A DNA stretch of 64,000 nucleotides from a virus, in the IMG/VR virus record IMGVR_UViG_3300047330_000027, positions 3,862 through 67,861 of that record. One strand, written 5' to 3'. Position numbers and translations under genes: made by a program. The notes below the pieces were generated by a model. It did not search any database. It was not told the DNA's origin and worked only from the letters and a program-made list of their open reading frames with translations. Below, piece after piece: positions 1 through 11,800 of the stretch; the first letter of the stretch is position 1; every line of letters begins with the position of its first letter.

Positions 1-268
1 CTAGGAAGTGGCCAGAGCCTCTGATCTGGTTTCTCGCAAACTCAAGGATGACGGGATAGTCCGCCGGCAAATACTTGGCCGAGGTGCCGTCGTTGTAGTT
101 GATCTGGATGCCGCCCTGCGAACTGCCGGACGGTTCCTGAATTTCGACGCGGTTCGCGAATCGGGTCGCGGGAATCGGGGTAGCCGAGCCGGTCGACAGC
201 GCGTAGTTTACGGGCCCGCGGACGGCGCTGTTCGGATTGGCGGTGAATGCGATGCTTGAGGAGGCCAT
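1..268 (-). CDS. hypothetical virion-associated protein (partial, runs off window)
   Basis: ATG at 268 directly follows the TAA of the upstream gene; open frame MASSSIAFTANPNSAVRG... to the window edge. Confidence 0.6.
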   Translation of the reverse strand, partial: MASSSIAFTANPNSAVRGPVNYALSTGSATPIPATRFANRVEIQEPSGSSQGGIQINYNDGTSAKYLPADYPVILEFARNQIRGSGHFL

Positions 269-577
269 TTACTTTTTCATACCCCCAAGCGCGAAGCCGC
301 GCTTCTTCGGCATCATCTTCGGCTCTTCCTTTTTCATCGGCATCGAAGGCTTGGCCTTTTTGCCGCGGAAGATGTCGCCCATGCTCTTGCCACTCTTCGA
401 GGGGGAGTAGCTGCTGCCCTGCTTCGGGGGCATGGCTGCGCCCATGGGCGCGGAAGGAGCCATGGGTGCCTTGGGAGGCATCGGAGCGCCAGGAGAGGCC
501 GGAGCGCCTTGCTGTGGCAGTGTCTCGTCGTCTTCTTCGTCGCCGGCCGCTGGAGCCATTGATTTCGGTTGGAACAT
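269..577 (-). CDS. low-complexity Pro/Met/Lys-rich hypothetical protein
   Basis: GAGG SD before the ATG; co-oriented in the late operon; stop-start junction with the next gene. Confidence 0.65.
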   Translation of the reverse strand: MFQPKSMAPAAGDEEDDETLPQQGAPASPGAPMPPKAPMAPSAPMGAAMPPKQGSSYSPSKSGKSMGDIFRGKKAKPSMPMKKEEPKMMPKKRGFALGGMKK

Positions 578-593
578 GGGGTCAACCTCGGGT

Positions 594-632
594 GAAAAAA
601 TCCCGGAGCCGTGTGAACGCGGACTCCGGGTT
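594..632 (-). terminator. intrinsic terminator
   Basis: minus strand CCCGGAG...CTCCGGG stem followed by ATTTTTT. Confidence 0.7.
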
Positions 633-647
633 CAGAAAGGCGAGTGA

Positions 648-1085
648 TTAGCTCGCGGTTGCGGCTGCGGCACCCCCGGGCGCCGCGGTCGACTTCAAGG
701 ACGTTGCCAATGCAGCGAGCTGCGTGAACAGCGCGGGATCGAGATTGAGATACCCGACGATTTGATTGATGATCTGCTGCGCCGTCTGCCCGGCTGCGGC
801 GCTGGTCGTGGCGGCGAGCGCGGAGTTCAGCACCGGACCGATCACTGAAAGCACGGCGGCCGACTTCTGCGCGCCTGTTCCGCTCGACGCGCCGATGGCT
901 GTGAACTGCTGCTCGACCGCGAGCGCGACCTTGGTGGTCGCGGTGATGGCATTGCCGAGTGCCGGGTCGCCTGCCGAGATGACCTGACCGATGAACTCGG
1001 CGATCGGCGCAGCCTTATCGAAAACAGTCTCGATATCCTTGCCGACGGTCTTGAATTCGGCGACTAAACCAGAGAAGAAAGACAT
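648..1085 (-). CDS. Ala-rich helical hypothetical protein (lysis/virion region)
   Basis: MSFFSGLVAEF start with GAGG SD; the longer ORF-track start overlaps the upstream gene. Confidence 0.7.
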   Translation of the reverse strand: MSFFSGLVAEFKTVGKDIETVFDKAAPIAEFIGQVISAGDPALGNAITATTKVALAVEQQFTAIGASSGTGAQKSAAVLSVIGPVLNSALAATTSAAAGQTAQQIINQIVGYLNLDPALFTQLAALATSLKSTAAPGGAAAATAS

Positions 1086-1098
1086 GGTGTGAGCCTCG

Positions 1099-1416
1099 CT
1101 ATTGCTTGGGGTTGGTGACGCTGTTGGGATTGGCGTTAGGGTCGAAAACTTGCCCGGTTGCCCCTGTTTCAGCGGGAGCGGGCTGGTTCCCGGTAAATTG
1201 CTGAGCTTGTCGGAAGCCGAGGAAGCCGATGGCGAGGGAGGGGAGATTGGCGCGGATGTTGAACGCAACGGTCGCAATAGCTTTGATAACCACTCCATAC
1301 GCTTTCTTCGTCCTGGGGTATCCATCAAGGAACCTTTCGTTAGGCAGCACGTTCGCGATGAAGGAGCAGGCGGTCGAGATAAGCGAAAGGTCCTTCACGA
1401 TTTTCAGAAATGTCAT
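1099..1416 (-). CDS. putative holin
   Basis: 105 aa with hydrophobic segments; ATGA overlap with the endolysin; GGAG SD. Confidence 0.5.
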   Translation of the reverse strand: MTFLKIVKDLSLISTACSFIANVLPNERFLDGYPRTKKAYGVVIKAIATVAFNIRANLPSLAIGFLGFRQAQQFTGNQPAPAETGATGQVFDPNANPNSVTNPKQ

Positions 1417-1925
1417 GTCGTCATCTCCTTCGCCTGCGAAGTCGCGATCGCGTTGTAGTTCTTGACCAGATCGGCCACGTATTGCTGGACGCCGGGCGAG
1501 GGATGGCTGGTGGGCGAACCGTGGTTGTAGACCTGCCCAATCTGCTCGACGGTTGAAGCCTTCCAGTGCCCGATCACGTAGCGGTTGAAGAAGCCGACAA
1601 ATGCCTGGGCGCACGCTTCCGGGTCAGCGTACAGCTCCGCGGGCGAATAGCCGGTTGCGTTGCAGGGCATCATCTGCCACGGGCCGTAGGAATAGGCTGC
1701 GGCTTTGCCGTACTGCTCGAGCAGCGGGATCTGCTCGTTCTCGGCATTGACGCCGCCCTCGTCGTAACTGCGCTCGTAGCGCGGCTTGCAGTTGGCGCCG
1801 GTCGTCGATTCGTTGGCAGCGATGGCCTGCATGAGCACGACGCCATCGACGCCAGCCGGCGTTTTTAGGAGCAGCCCGTACTGGGCGCAAAGCGCGATGA
1901 CCGTCGCTGTAGGTACGGTGTCCAT
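1413..1925 (-). CDS. endolysin, lysozyme-like/lytic transglycosylase (SLT-like)
   Basis: motifs AIAANES (catalytic Glu), SYGPWQMM and YNHG. Confidence 0.75.
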   Translation of the reverse strand: MDTVPTATVIALCAQYGLLLKTPAGVDGVVLMQAIAANESTTGANCKPRYERSYDEGGVNAENEQIPLLEQYGKAAAYSYGPWQMMPCNATGYSPAELYADPEACAQAFVGFFNRYVIGHWKASTVEQIGQVYNHGSPTSHPSPGVQQYVADLVKNYNAIATSQAKEMTT

Positions 1926-1970
1926 GACGGTCGCAACTGTTACCAATAAATCGTGATTTTGGGAAGGGGT

Positions 1971-2354
1971 TTAGATCGTGATGTGAAACAAACGCGCGAT
2001 CAGGTGCGCGAAAAGTCCGCCCGTGAGCACCCCGATCCACTTGGCCATGACGTAGGTACCGCGCAACCACTTATCGCGGCGGGCTTCTTCAGAGGCGCGG
2101 ATGGCCGTTTTGACGGCTTCCTGCCTGTCGCGCTCGTCCTGCTTCTGAAGCAGCATGTCGAGTTTGCTTTCGCGAGACCGCTCCCTGTCCCCGACAGCCT
2201 TCTGGAGTGTCTTGTCTTCCGTGCGCCACCCAGTAATCAACTTTTGAAAGTTGTCGAGGCGCGCCGTCATTTCTTCCCTCGTCTCATCCAGGGCTTTCCT
2301 GAACTCCGACCTGGTGACGAATTCGGAGTCGCCTTGCTGGGGGACATGGCTCAT
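1971..2354 (-). CDS. coiled-coil protein with C-terminal TM helix (lysis cassette membrane protein)
   Basis: charged coiled coil followed by a hydrophobic C-terminus; directly upstream of the endolysin. Confidence 0.6.
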   Translation of the reverse strand: MSHVPQQGDSEFVTRSEFRKALDETREEMTARLDNFQKLITGWRTEDKTLQKAVGDRERSRESKLDMLLQKQDERDRQEAVKTAIRASEEARRDKWLRGTYVMAKWIGVLTGGLFAHLIARLFHITI

Positions 2355-2415
2355 GAGCAGGGCTATGCCACCATTTCTCCCCGCTCATGTCAATGTCAAT
2401 GGCGTGTCCCACGCT

Positions 2416-5400
2416 TCAGTGAAGGATCGTGCTCGGCAAAATCGTGACGGTGCCGGAACAGTTCAGGTTGACCCCGGTCATCGTGAAGGTGTACGCGGCA
2501 CTGCCGACCGAGGAATTGGTGTACCCGCTTTTGACCGCGATCGCCTGCACGGTTTGATTCGTAGACACCGCAATCGGGCCCGTGTAAAGGGTGCTTCCGG
2601 TCGTTGGCGTCGAGCCATTGGTGGTGTAGTAGATCGATGTGCCCGAGACGGCATCGCTAATGGCGACACTCTGCGCGGTCGAATAATTCCCTGCGGCCGG
2701 CGAGAAGGTAGGCGTAGGCAGCGTCCCGTTGATGACGTAAGCCGCGTAGGTCACCGTGCTGTTCGAATAGCCGCTCGCCTGCGTGAGCACGCCGATCGTC
2801 TCAGAAGAAGTCACAGAAATAGTCCCCGAGACCGGTGTCGATGGCGTGCAGCCCACCCCAATGCAGGACAGGAACGTAGCGCCTGGGGTCGAGCTTGAGG
2901 GCGTCACCGACTGCGCGGAGGCATAGCTTCCGGCAGCGGGGCTGAGGGTGGGCGCGGCGGCTTGCGGTGTGATCGTGTACGCCGCTGTGCCGACGCTGCT
3001 GGTCGTGTCTCCGCTGAGATAGCCAATCGCGTTAAGGGTCTGCGTGGTCGCGACGCTCACTGTCCCGCCATTCGCCAGGCTGGTGCCGTGCGTGCAGGCC
3101 GTCCCAGACGAGGTAGGCGTGCTGCCATCGGTTGTGTAGCACAGGCCAACACCACCCGAGGTTGAGCTGGTGATCGCGACGGTCTGCGCGCTGGTGTAGG
3201 TGCCGGCGGCCGGGGAAAAGGTAGGGGTGGCGACCTGCGGTGTGCTACCCCCGATTGCCCAGGTCATCGTGACCACTGAGCAAGGCGGCACACTCACCGA
3301 GCTGCCAGTAAAGGTCGTAGGTGTGGCATCGACGACAGAGGGCGCAATTGACCCTTGGAAGTAGGAAGAATTGTTGTTTGCGGTGCAGTTAGCAGCACTG
3401 CCTCCGAAGATTTTCTCCGTCACCGTCCCAGCAAAGGCGTCGGCACCGTTCGTCGTCACGGTGTACGTGGTCGACGGATCATAGTTGGTAATCACGCCGG
3501 TCGCGGACGTATTTGCCGAGTTCGCGTAGGAAGCGAAACGCATGAGGGGAACGTTTGTCTGCGCCGGTACGCTGTCATTGCTGGTTCCCGCATAGCTCGC
3601 GATCACGGGCACGCCGCTAGTCGAGTCGGCCAGCAGGTTTGTGTTTGAGCCGATGTCGGTGTTCACCTGGCGCAGCAGGATCAGCTCTGGAAGGTCGATG
3701 CTGGTGTCCTGCGTATTGACTTGTCCCGGACCGTCCGGGATGGCGGTATTGGCGTTCCAGGCGTTGAAGTAATATGACGTCCCGCTATTGTTCTGGTAGC
3801 CAGAGGTACCGAAATCGGATTCGGCGAAAAGATTCAGTGGACCGCCATAGGAGTCTTCGCGGGCCATGGCGATCAGAGACGAAATCGAGATGATCGCGCC
3901 TCCCACCGAATCGTACTGCTGGTTAATCTGGAGCTGTGTGGGCGAAGCGCTGCCACTTTGCGGGTTGGTGTTCGACTCGTATATTGCGGTGCCCATGCCG
4001 TAGCATGCCGTGTTGAAACTGTTCGAAAAATAGAAAGAATGCGTCGTTTGATAATCGGTGCAGGACCCCTGGGTTGAAACCCGCGTCTGCTGGTAGTTGA
4101 TCTCGCCCAGGCCACCGTTGATGATTGTGTTAGAGGTGTCGTTGTACGCAGTCATCTTGTAGAAAGCGCCGCCGGTCAGGTCGGGGCAGTAGGTCGGCGT
4201 CGAAGAAAGGTTCGTGCAGCCCATCTTTGCCATGGCCTTGTAGTTGAACTGCCCCTGCCCTGTCGCGTCGCCCTGCTGGTTGGTGATGAGCTTGTTTCTG
4301 GAGTTGTAGTTTGGGTCTGTTTTGAACAGATGGACGAAAGGTCCCATGAGCGTCCCATAGGCCGTCCCACTCCCAGAGTTTTCATATATCCCGGCGCCAT
4401 CGTTCCACCCCTCGTTGCCGAGTTCGAAAAAGGGCGTGATGTTCGCCGCGGTGAGCATCGAGTTCCAGCTCTGGGAGGACGTGCCCGGGCAACCGGATAG
4501 GTTGCAGCCCTCGCTCATGAACGTGGAAAGCGTCGCCGCTTCATTGATCCCACTAATGAGGCTGGTCGTGATCAGCAGCTTGGGCAGGGTAATCCAGCAT
4601 TTCGTGATTCCGAGCGCATAGCAGAGGTTGAGGTCGTCCTGGACGCCATAGCTGGGATAAGCAAGCAACTTGCCAGCGCCGCCGCCATAGGGCAGTCCGG
4701 AATTCGAGAAAGTGACCTGGCCGTCCGGCATCAAATAATGCGTGAGCGAAACCGACCACATCTCGGGGTACATGAAACGGATCGAGTTGAGGTTGAGGCT
4801 TTTCAGCTTTTTGAAATCTGCATCACGGAAGGCTGTCGTGTTGCCCGGATAGGCTGTCCCTTCCGTAAAATGGATGCCCCACACATAGGCGGTTGACCCA
4901 GACGCACTGATATTCAAGATGGCGTTGTAGTTCGACTGCGTGCCGTTCTCAGTCAATGCCATCGTGTGTGTGACGTGGGTCCAGGTCGTCCCTGGAGTGT
5001 CCGTCCCGCTTGCGCCCGTGCCGGGCAGATTGGTTCCGTTTCGCTGCACGGACCACGGGATGGAGCAGCCGGCGGTGGGACATTTTTCCCAGAAATCGAG
5101 GACATACGAGCCGTTGAAGTTGACGCCGATGCTGTTGTGACCACCAGCCGGGTCTGTCCAAAATGGAGACCCCTGATCGATGCCGTAATTGATCGATCCA
5201 GCGGTGGTGGGAATGGAATACGCCTGCACTGCGCCCGTCACACTCGGCAGGTCTGTGGTTTCAAATGAAATGGCCGATGGCACATTCGTGTCGTAAACGT
5301 TTGGGGCCAGACTGCCCGCAACCGGCTGCCAGCGCACAAAGAGCATATCGGCGTCGCTTGCTGAACTGCAGGCTGCGCCGGTACTCAAAGGGTTGCTCAG

Positions 5401-5832
5401 AGTAAACGTCATGCCGGTGCTGCTGTTGCTAGTGTTGGCGGTGATCGTTCCTGTGCCGATGACGTTGCCGGTGGAGGCTTGGATCGCGATGTAATTCGCA
5501 GGGTTCGCGCCGACAAGCTGATTGACGCCGAACGGATACACGCCCGAGATTGACTGGGAGTTATACCAGACGGTCGAGGAATTGCTGCTGCTCGAGCTGC
5601 AGGCAGCCGTGAACGTGAACTCTGCCGGCTGCATGGAGCCGCCGAGTTCGAAAGCATAATCCCGGAGCAGGATCGTTTGCCTGTTGCTGCCAGACGGCCC
5701 ATGGACGACGCCGATCTTGCTGACGTTCGTGATTTGCACCGTTGTCGGGATGGTCCAAGTTACTTGAGCCCAGGTGATCCCCGGCGACAACAGCAGCAGC
5801 GTGATAGCGAGGTTTTTAAGAAGCTTTTTCAC
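2416..5832 (-). CDS. secreted-type glycoside hydrolase-like protein (CBM-like + clan GH-A/GH51-like domain + 3 chitobiase/beta-hexosaminidase C-terminal-like repeats)
   Basis: signal peptide MKKLLKNLAITLLLLSPGITWA; FRDADFKKLKSLNLNSIRF and FELGNEGWN motifs; three TPTFSPAAGxY...YTTxGSTPT-type repeats. Confidence 0.7.
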   Translation of the reverse strand: MKKLLKNLAITLLLLSPGITWAQVTWTIPTTVQITNVSKIGVVHGPSGSNRQTILLRDYAFELGGSMQPAEFTFTAACSSSSSNSSTVWYNSQSISGVYPFGVNQLVGANPANYIAIQASTGNVIGTGTITANTSNSSTGMTFTLSNPLSTGAACSSASDADMLFVRWQPVAGSLAPNVYDTNVPSAISFETTDLPSVTGAVQAYSIPTTAGSINYGIDQGSPFWTDPAGGHNSIGVNFNGSYVLDFWEKCPTAGCSIPWSVQRNGTNLPGTGASGTDTPGTTWTHVTHTMALTENGTQSNYNAILNISASGSTAYVWGIHFTEGTAYPGNTTAFRDADFKKLKSLNLNSIRFMYPEMWSVSLTHYLMPDGQVTFSNSGLPYGGGAGKLLAYPSYGVQDDLNLCYALGITKCWITLPKLLITTSLISGINEAATLSTFMSEGCNLSGCPGTSSQSWNSMLTAANITPFFELGNEGWNDGAGIYENSGSGTAYGTLMGPFVHLFKTDPNYNSRNKLITNQQGDATGQGQFNYKAMAKMGCTNLSSTPTYCPDLTGGAFYKMTAYNDTSNTIINGGLGEINYQQTRVSTQGSCTDYQTTHSFYFSNSFNTACYGMGTAIYESNTNPQSGSASPTQLQINQQYDSVGGAIISISSLIAMAREDSYGGPLNLFAESDFGTSGYQNNSGTSYYFNAWNANTAIPDGPGQVNTQDTSIDLPELILLRQVNTDIGSNTNLLADSTSGVPVIASYAGTSNDSVPAQTNVPLMRFASYANSANTSATGVITNYDPSTTYTVTTNGADAFAGTVTEKIFGGSAANCTANNNSSYFQGSIAPSVVDATPTTFTGSSVSVPPCSVVTMTWAIGGSTPQVATPTFSPAAGTYTSAQTVAITSSTSGGVGLCYTTDGSTPTSSGTACTHGTSLANGGTVSVATTQTLNAIGYLSGDTTSSVGTAAYTITPQAAAPTLSPAAGSYASAQSVTPSSSTPGATFLSCIGVGCTPSTPVSGTISVTSSETIGVLTQASGYSNSTVTYAAYVINGTLPTPTFSPAAGNYSTAQSVAISDAVSGTSIYYTTNGSTPTTGSTLYTGPIAVSTNQTVQAIAVKSGYTNSSVGSAAYTFTMTGVNLNCSGTVTILPSTILH

Positions 5833-5840
5833 GGTTTTCC

Positions 5841-8800
5841 TTAGTTGATCGTGTAGAGAATGCAGGCCGGGTTCGTGGTGGGAGCGACGGGCAAGGTGAT
5901 TGTGAAACTCGTGTTCGCGGTGATCGCGCTGACGTATGGAGGCAACAGGCTCGCGATATTAGCCGGCGCCGTGCATCCGACGGTCGTGTAAGTGAATGAG
6001 AACGTGCTTGTGGCCGTCACAATCGTGGTGTTGATCGTGAGGGTGGTTCCTGATGCCGCAACCTGCACCTGTCCGGCGCTGCTTGCGCCGCACACTGCTG
6101 GAGAGGCCGTGCTCGAGCATTTACCGCTCAAGCGCACTGCGGCCGCCTGAATGTTGCCGACCACGCTGTTGCCGGCGCCGGTGCCGAAATCGAACCATCC
6201 CGAGCCAAGCGTCGAGTCCCTGGACCATGCCGTATCGCCGTTGATTTTGTAGGCGTACGAGGTGCCATTCAGGTTGGGACTCCCCGAGATAGTCGCGCCG
6301 TTTGCGGTAAGCACGCCCGTCGAAGAAACGGTAAATTCGCCCGCCCCATTCGTATACCCAGCGAGCAGGTTGCCTGTGAACCCGCTCGGCGCGTTGGCAC
6401 CGATCAGCGTACCGCCGGTTGAGAAGGTCGTCGGCTCGGTGTTTCCAGTGGCGTCCACATAAACGTAAGGGTAGGCCGTGCTCGCCGTGCCCGCCGTGTA
6501 CGGAGAGCCGCGAAGCCAGATGCCGGGGTTCGAAGCCGCTCCGTTGCCAGATTGAATGATCCCGTTCTGGAAGTTAGCCAGGCCGAAGGTCCTGGTCCCG
6601 AACCCTCCGAAGCCTGTGTTGACCTCGAAGTAGTTGCTGCCCGGGGTGCGCACCGCAAAGATGTCGCCGCTCTGCGTGTTGTCCCCGTAGATGGTGACAT
6701 TGGTCGTTTGACCGTTGTCCGCGGTAGCTTGGCCGCCGACGGTCATTTGCGTATTCGAGGTCGCGGTGGTGTTCGCGGTGCCCACATTGAAGTTGGTGAC
6801 CCCTGACGCGGTGTTGTTGTTGACGCCGACCGTGCCTGAGCCGTTGTCGGTCGCGTCCGGAGCTGTAGAGATCGTGGTGCCAGCCGCGCTGTAATAGCCA
6901 AAGTGGTTGGCAGTGCCGCTGCTGACGGTGCCGCTGCCTCCTCCGCTTGCAGGCCCGGCATTGACCACCTGCCAGCGCGAGGTGGTCGAGTCGAACTTGA
7001 GCGAAACGTACTGTCCTTGCGTGCTCAGCGCGTAGGTCCCGACAGATCCCGAAGCCCCGATGTAATTGCCATTGCCCGCGAGAGTGCAGACGTTGGCTGT
7101 CGAATCGACCTTGATGATGGTGTACGTGGTTCCCGAGTAGGGCGCAGCCACCAGGTTATTGCTGAAGGCCCCGGAGGTCGTGTCGCATTCAACGTAACCG
7201 GTGTTGACACTGAAATTCGTGGCCGCGGTGATGTAGGTTGGCGTGTCCACCAGGCCGTTGCTTTGATAGAACGTGGAGTCCGTCGCCACGCCGCCGCCGG
7301 ATGTGCCGAGGTGCAGGATGTTGTCGGCGCCGCCGTTGCCCATCGCGACCCAGTCGAAGCCGTTTGAGTGATCGCGGACTTTGAAGCTGAACCCCGTGGG
7401 CACTTGAATGGTGCCCGTCGTTGCCGTGCCCGTGCCGAGCCGCAGGTAGCCGCTTCCTGTGAACAGGATGTTGCCAGAGGATGAGAGGGTGCCCGCGCTC
7501 ACGGTCCCGCCGAAGGTGCCGGTGTTGGTCGAAATCGTTCCGTCGATCGCTCCCTGCGTGGTTCCCACCTTGAGCACGCCAGGACCGCCATTGGTGAGGA
7601 AGTCATTTCCGGACCAGCTCAGCGCGTTGCCCGAAGCCAGTGGCAGGCCTGTGGTGAACGGGCTGCCCTCCGCGACCAGGGTTCCGCTCGCGTCGTCATC
7701 CCAGCGCTGCGTAGTGCAATATCCGGCGAGCGGCGCGGGCAGACCTCCGACCATGTTGTACGGATAGCTGATGGTGAAGCTGTTGCCGGTCGTCTGGCAA
7801 ACTTGGAGTTTCATCTCCGTATTCGCCGTCTGCGATGTGATGGCGATCGTGGTGTTCTGCGTCAGCGTCAGCGTCTGGTACAAGCCGTTCTGCTCGTTGA
7901 CGGTCACCGTGGCTGCATCCGTCAGTGCGTAGGCCGCGCCTTCGGTCGTCGTCCCGTAGTCCGGCTGATTGCCACGAATGGTGATGTGCTGCGGCATGCC
8001 TGCGCCATACGTGATCGGGATCGTGGTGCTATTGGCGGAAAGCTGACGCCAGTCGTTGCCCATGAAGCTGATGTAGTCGATGCCGGTGCCGACGTTCGCG
8101 AAGTTCGCGCCGCTGGTGCCAGAGCCGTTCGCGAGCATGATCGAATTTGAGATTTTCGATCCGTTCGAAGCGGTCCCGATGTTGAAGCACGTAGAGCTGA
8201 CGCCATCGCACTCGATCCTGTCGAATGTGGCCAGGCCCGTGAGATAAGCGGCATATTGTGGCGCGAAGGTTCCCCAGACGTGAAGGTTCGAGAAGAACGT
8301 TGTCCCGCCGGTGTAGCGGACGCCGATCTGGAAGCTGCGCGAAGTGCCGCCATCGAAGCGGTTATCGGTCGCGGACGTATCAAACAGCCAAGCCGTCTGC
8401 GGACGGTTGGTCGACGTGTAATCAGCCGTCGCCGCCGTCGCATCGAGGTCATACAAATGCGCGCCGGTAAACGTACCGCCCGTCGCAGAGTGACCGAAGT
8501 GGTAAGCGTGCGCTCCGACGCCATAAGTCGGCCTGGTGACATTGATGCGCGCTGAGCGGTCGTCATTGACGCGAGGAATCGCCAGACCATCGGTGGCTTC
8601 CCAGTTGGGATTGATCGTCAAATCTTTCACCGAGCAGCCGTCGGCTTCGGTCGAGGATGTATCCGGCTGACCGACCGCGTAAGGCACCACATAAGAATCA
8701 GAGCCGGTTTCGGTGCCAGAGCCAGCGGTGGTGCTAGACGGCACAGAGAAATGTGTCGCATCGACCACGGTCGCGACCACGGGAGTCGTCGCATTGAGCG

Positions 8801-11800
8801 CAGAGTTGGCTGTGAGCCCGCTGAAGATAAGTTTGGTGGTCCCGGACACCATATTTGCCGTCGACGGGATCGTGAAGGTGGTGGCCGTGCCTGACGCGGT
8901 GTAGGCGGAAATCGTGTCCGTCTGGGTCGAAAGGTTCAGCGTGACCAACCCAACGCCCATGCCCCACAGGTTCGTGCAAACGTTATTCGAGTGGATCGTG
9001 AGACCCGCCGTCGGGGTCCCGATACTGTAACTGCCGGCCGCCAGGTAGATGGTTCCCCCGCCCAGCGCATCGATCAGGTTGACTGTGTTCTGCAGGTTGC
9101 CGGATGGGTAGGCGTAATACACGTTGACGTGCGACTGCTGCTGCGTGGTGACGCCGCCCGTGGTCGTCACCGTGTCGTAAGCGATGCCCGTCTGCGGCGT
9201 CGGATCCGGTGAAATGATGGTCGGGTTAGTGGGCGACGCCAGCGCCTGCCATTGATACGCAGCGCCGGTCGGGGCTGTGGGCGCCGAGCCGGAATACGTA
9301 AAGTTGATGGCTCCGTTCGTCGAGCCGGCCACCGCAAGGCCACCGCTATCGCTGACGGTCACGGTCGTGCCGTTATCGCAAACTGAAGAAGAAGCAGTCG
9401 AGGTGGTCGCTGTTGCCGCTTTCGGGAGACAGGTGGGCGTCTGTCCGGTAAGGCCGCCGCCGCTCCCGCCTGAACCGCCGCCCATCTGATACCAGCGATT
9501 CGATTGATAGGGCCCTTCGTTCACCAGCGTGATCGGCGCGGTTGTGAGCGCGGTCGACGCTCCGGACGTCGGGTAGATATTGCCGCCCGTTGTGATGGTG
9601 GCGGCCACGCTGCCGTACGCAACAACTTCCAGGTGCTGACCCGGGATGCCGTGGGTGATCGTCGTGATCGGGGTCGTGGTGTTGATATTGATCGAGGTCA
9701 GACCGCTGGCGTCCACGTTGTCCGCGGTCGCTCCGATCCCCGGTCCCATGGTCGGGAAAATCACGCGCGAAGACGCATGGTCCCCGTAGAAAGACCCGCA
9801 GTATGCCTGGTCATTCGCGGTGGTGTTTGCAGGCGTGCCGACGTAGGAAAGGCCCGAGTAGACGTTCGGCGAGCCGGACCCGCCATTTTGCAGGTCGCGA
9901 ATTTGGCACTCTTTGTAGGACTGCCCGAAAGTCGCAGCCGAAGTTGCCGGCGCAACGTTTGAGACCGAGTTGGCTTGGCCGATGTCGGTAATATCGGCGC
10001 AGCCGGTGGCCGTGCCTGCGTTGTAGTTCGATTGCAGGGCAGTCGTATCGGTGCAGGAGCTGGTTGGCACAATGCCGGTCATGGTTGTTCCCGTGACCGC
10101 GCCGGTGATGATGACCGCCTCTCGCGACGAGGCGTCGTTACGTAAGTCTTCCCAGCGGCTCTGCGGGGCGCTGTTGACCATGCCAACGTCGCTGAGCTGG
10201 GTGAAGATGTGGTTGCTGTGCCCGTTTGTGTTTTGCGCATAGTACGCAGCGCAGTTCGGATAGCACGGTCCTGCGGCGTGGCTGCTGTTGAAGCCCTGAA
10301 CGGCATCCGTCGCGTAGACCCAATCGACTTCATCATCGACGCTATCGTCTTCGGCAGTGCCGCAAACCCCAGTGGGCGACGAAGTAACTGCGAGCGCCCC
10401 GGTAACGTAGGCCTGGCAGCCCTTGAGCTGGTTCGCCGGATAACCAAGGTTTCGCATGTAGCCGTTGAAGCCCTGATTCAACACAGCTTGGCCGCCGAAT
10501 CCGTTGCCGAAGCCGGAAATGCGATCAATTAACCAGTAATTGCTGCCCAGGTTGTCCCAGATGCCGATGTCGTAGGGTCCCGACGTAATTCCCGAGCCGG
10601 CAATCGCGAAGTCATGGAGGTAGACGTAATCTGCGCCGCCTGAAGCCGGGTGATATGTGGTGCCATTTGAACATGTCAGCCCGTCGGCTGCTACGTGCCC
10701 CTCGATCATGGCCGTGGTCGCATTGGTGTGCTGTAACCCAGGTTTGCTCGAAAACGACTCGCCCCCGAAGTCGACGTCACCCCAAAGCAAAAGTTGGGCG
10801 ATATTGATGGTGATGCCTGAAGGCAGCGGAATACGATAAGCCGCCGGCGCCAGCCCCATCTGGTACTGGCATTCGCCGTAATCGATCGTCGCCTGGATGA
10901 CCTGCTGCGGCGTGTATCCCGAAGTGCCGGCGATGGCTGCTTTGAGGCCGCCGTCGTAGGCGGGGCTCATCGGGTCGTACACCACTTTCGGGCCTGACTC
11001 CATCGCTTGCACAATGAAGTCGCCGGCCGAGCTGAGCGTGAACGTTGTCGGGTTGAACGTCAGGCTGGAGCTGCCCTGAAACGCCGTAACACCGCTGTTG
11101 GCAAAATTGAGGGCGTATGCCGGGCCAGCAGGGTTCGCCGCCGTGCCACCGCCAGAAGGCGTGCCTACGGTCAGTGGCCCTGCCGCCGTGGTGCTTGGGT
11201 TCATGAGCGCCTGCCCGGGCAATGTCCAAGCGGCGTAGGGCGCGAGGCAGTAAGGCGGACCGTACTTCGGGGACGCAATCGCGAGCCCGCCCTGGCAAGT
11301 TCCGGACGCGCTCGGGTTTTGCGTCCACACGATCGTCTTGTCGGTCGTGTTGAGTTGCGAGCAAACCCATTTGGGGGCGCCCGAAACGGCGTCGCTTTGC
11401 GTGTATTGAGCACCAGGAACGCAGGTGACCCGGGGCAATCCGAGGCCGGTGATCGAAGATGTGGCGCTGGCCGAGTAGCTATCGAACGAATAGCTGGACT
11501 GGTTGATTGCCGTCTGCGGCAGGAGCAAATAGATCGTGGCGCCTGTAGGGTCGGTCACGGTGATGGTGAACACCAGGCCGGCGGGCGAGGCCGTTGTTGT
11601 ATTCAGGATCTGCGTTGACGGAAACGCGCCCGCGGTCACCGTCGCGGTGTATGCGGTGCCTGGCCCCTGGAGAGTGCCGCCGAGCGGCGTATAGGCCACA
11701 GGCGTCCCGGAAGCGTTGGTTGGAATGAAATTGATCTTGCCCGAAGCGAGTGGGTTCCCTGTGTTATCGAGGACCTTGGTGCCGGATGCCGGGATGGTGG

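Noticed and set aside
5938-5949. GGAGGCAACAGG match on the + strand
   Set aside because: Lies inside the fibre CDS (LLPP codons on the minus strand) with no hairpin partner; probably chance
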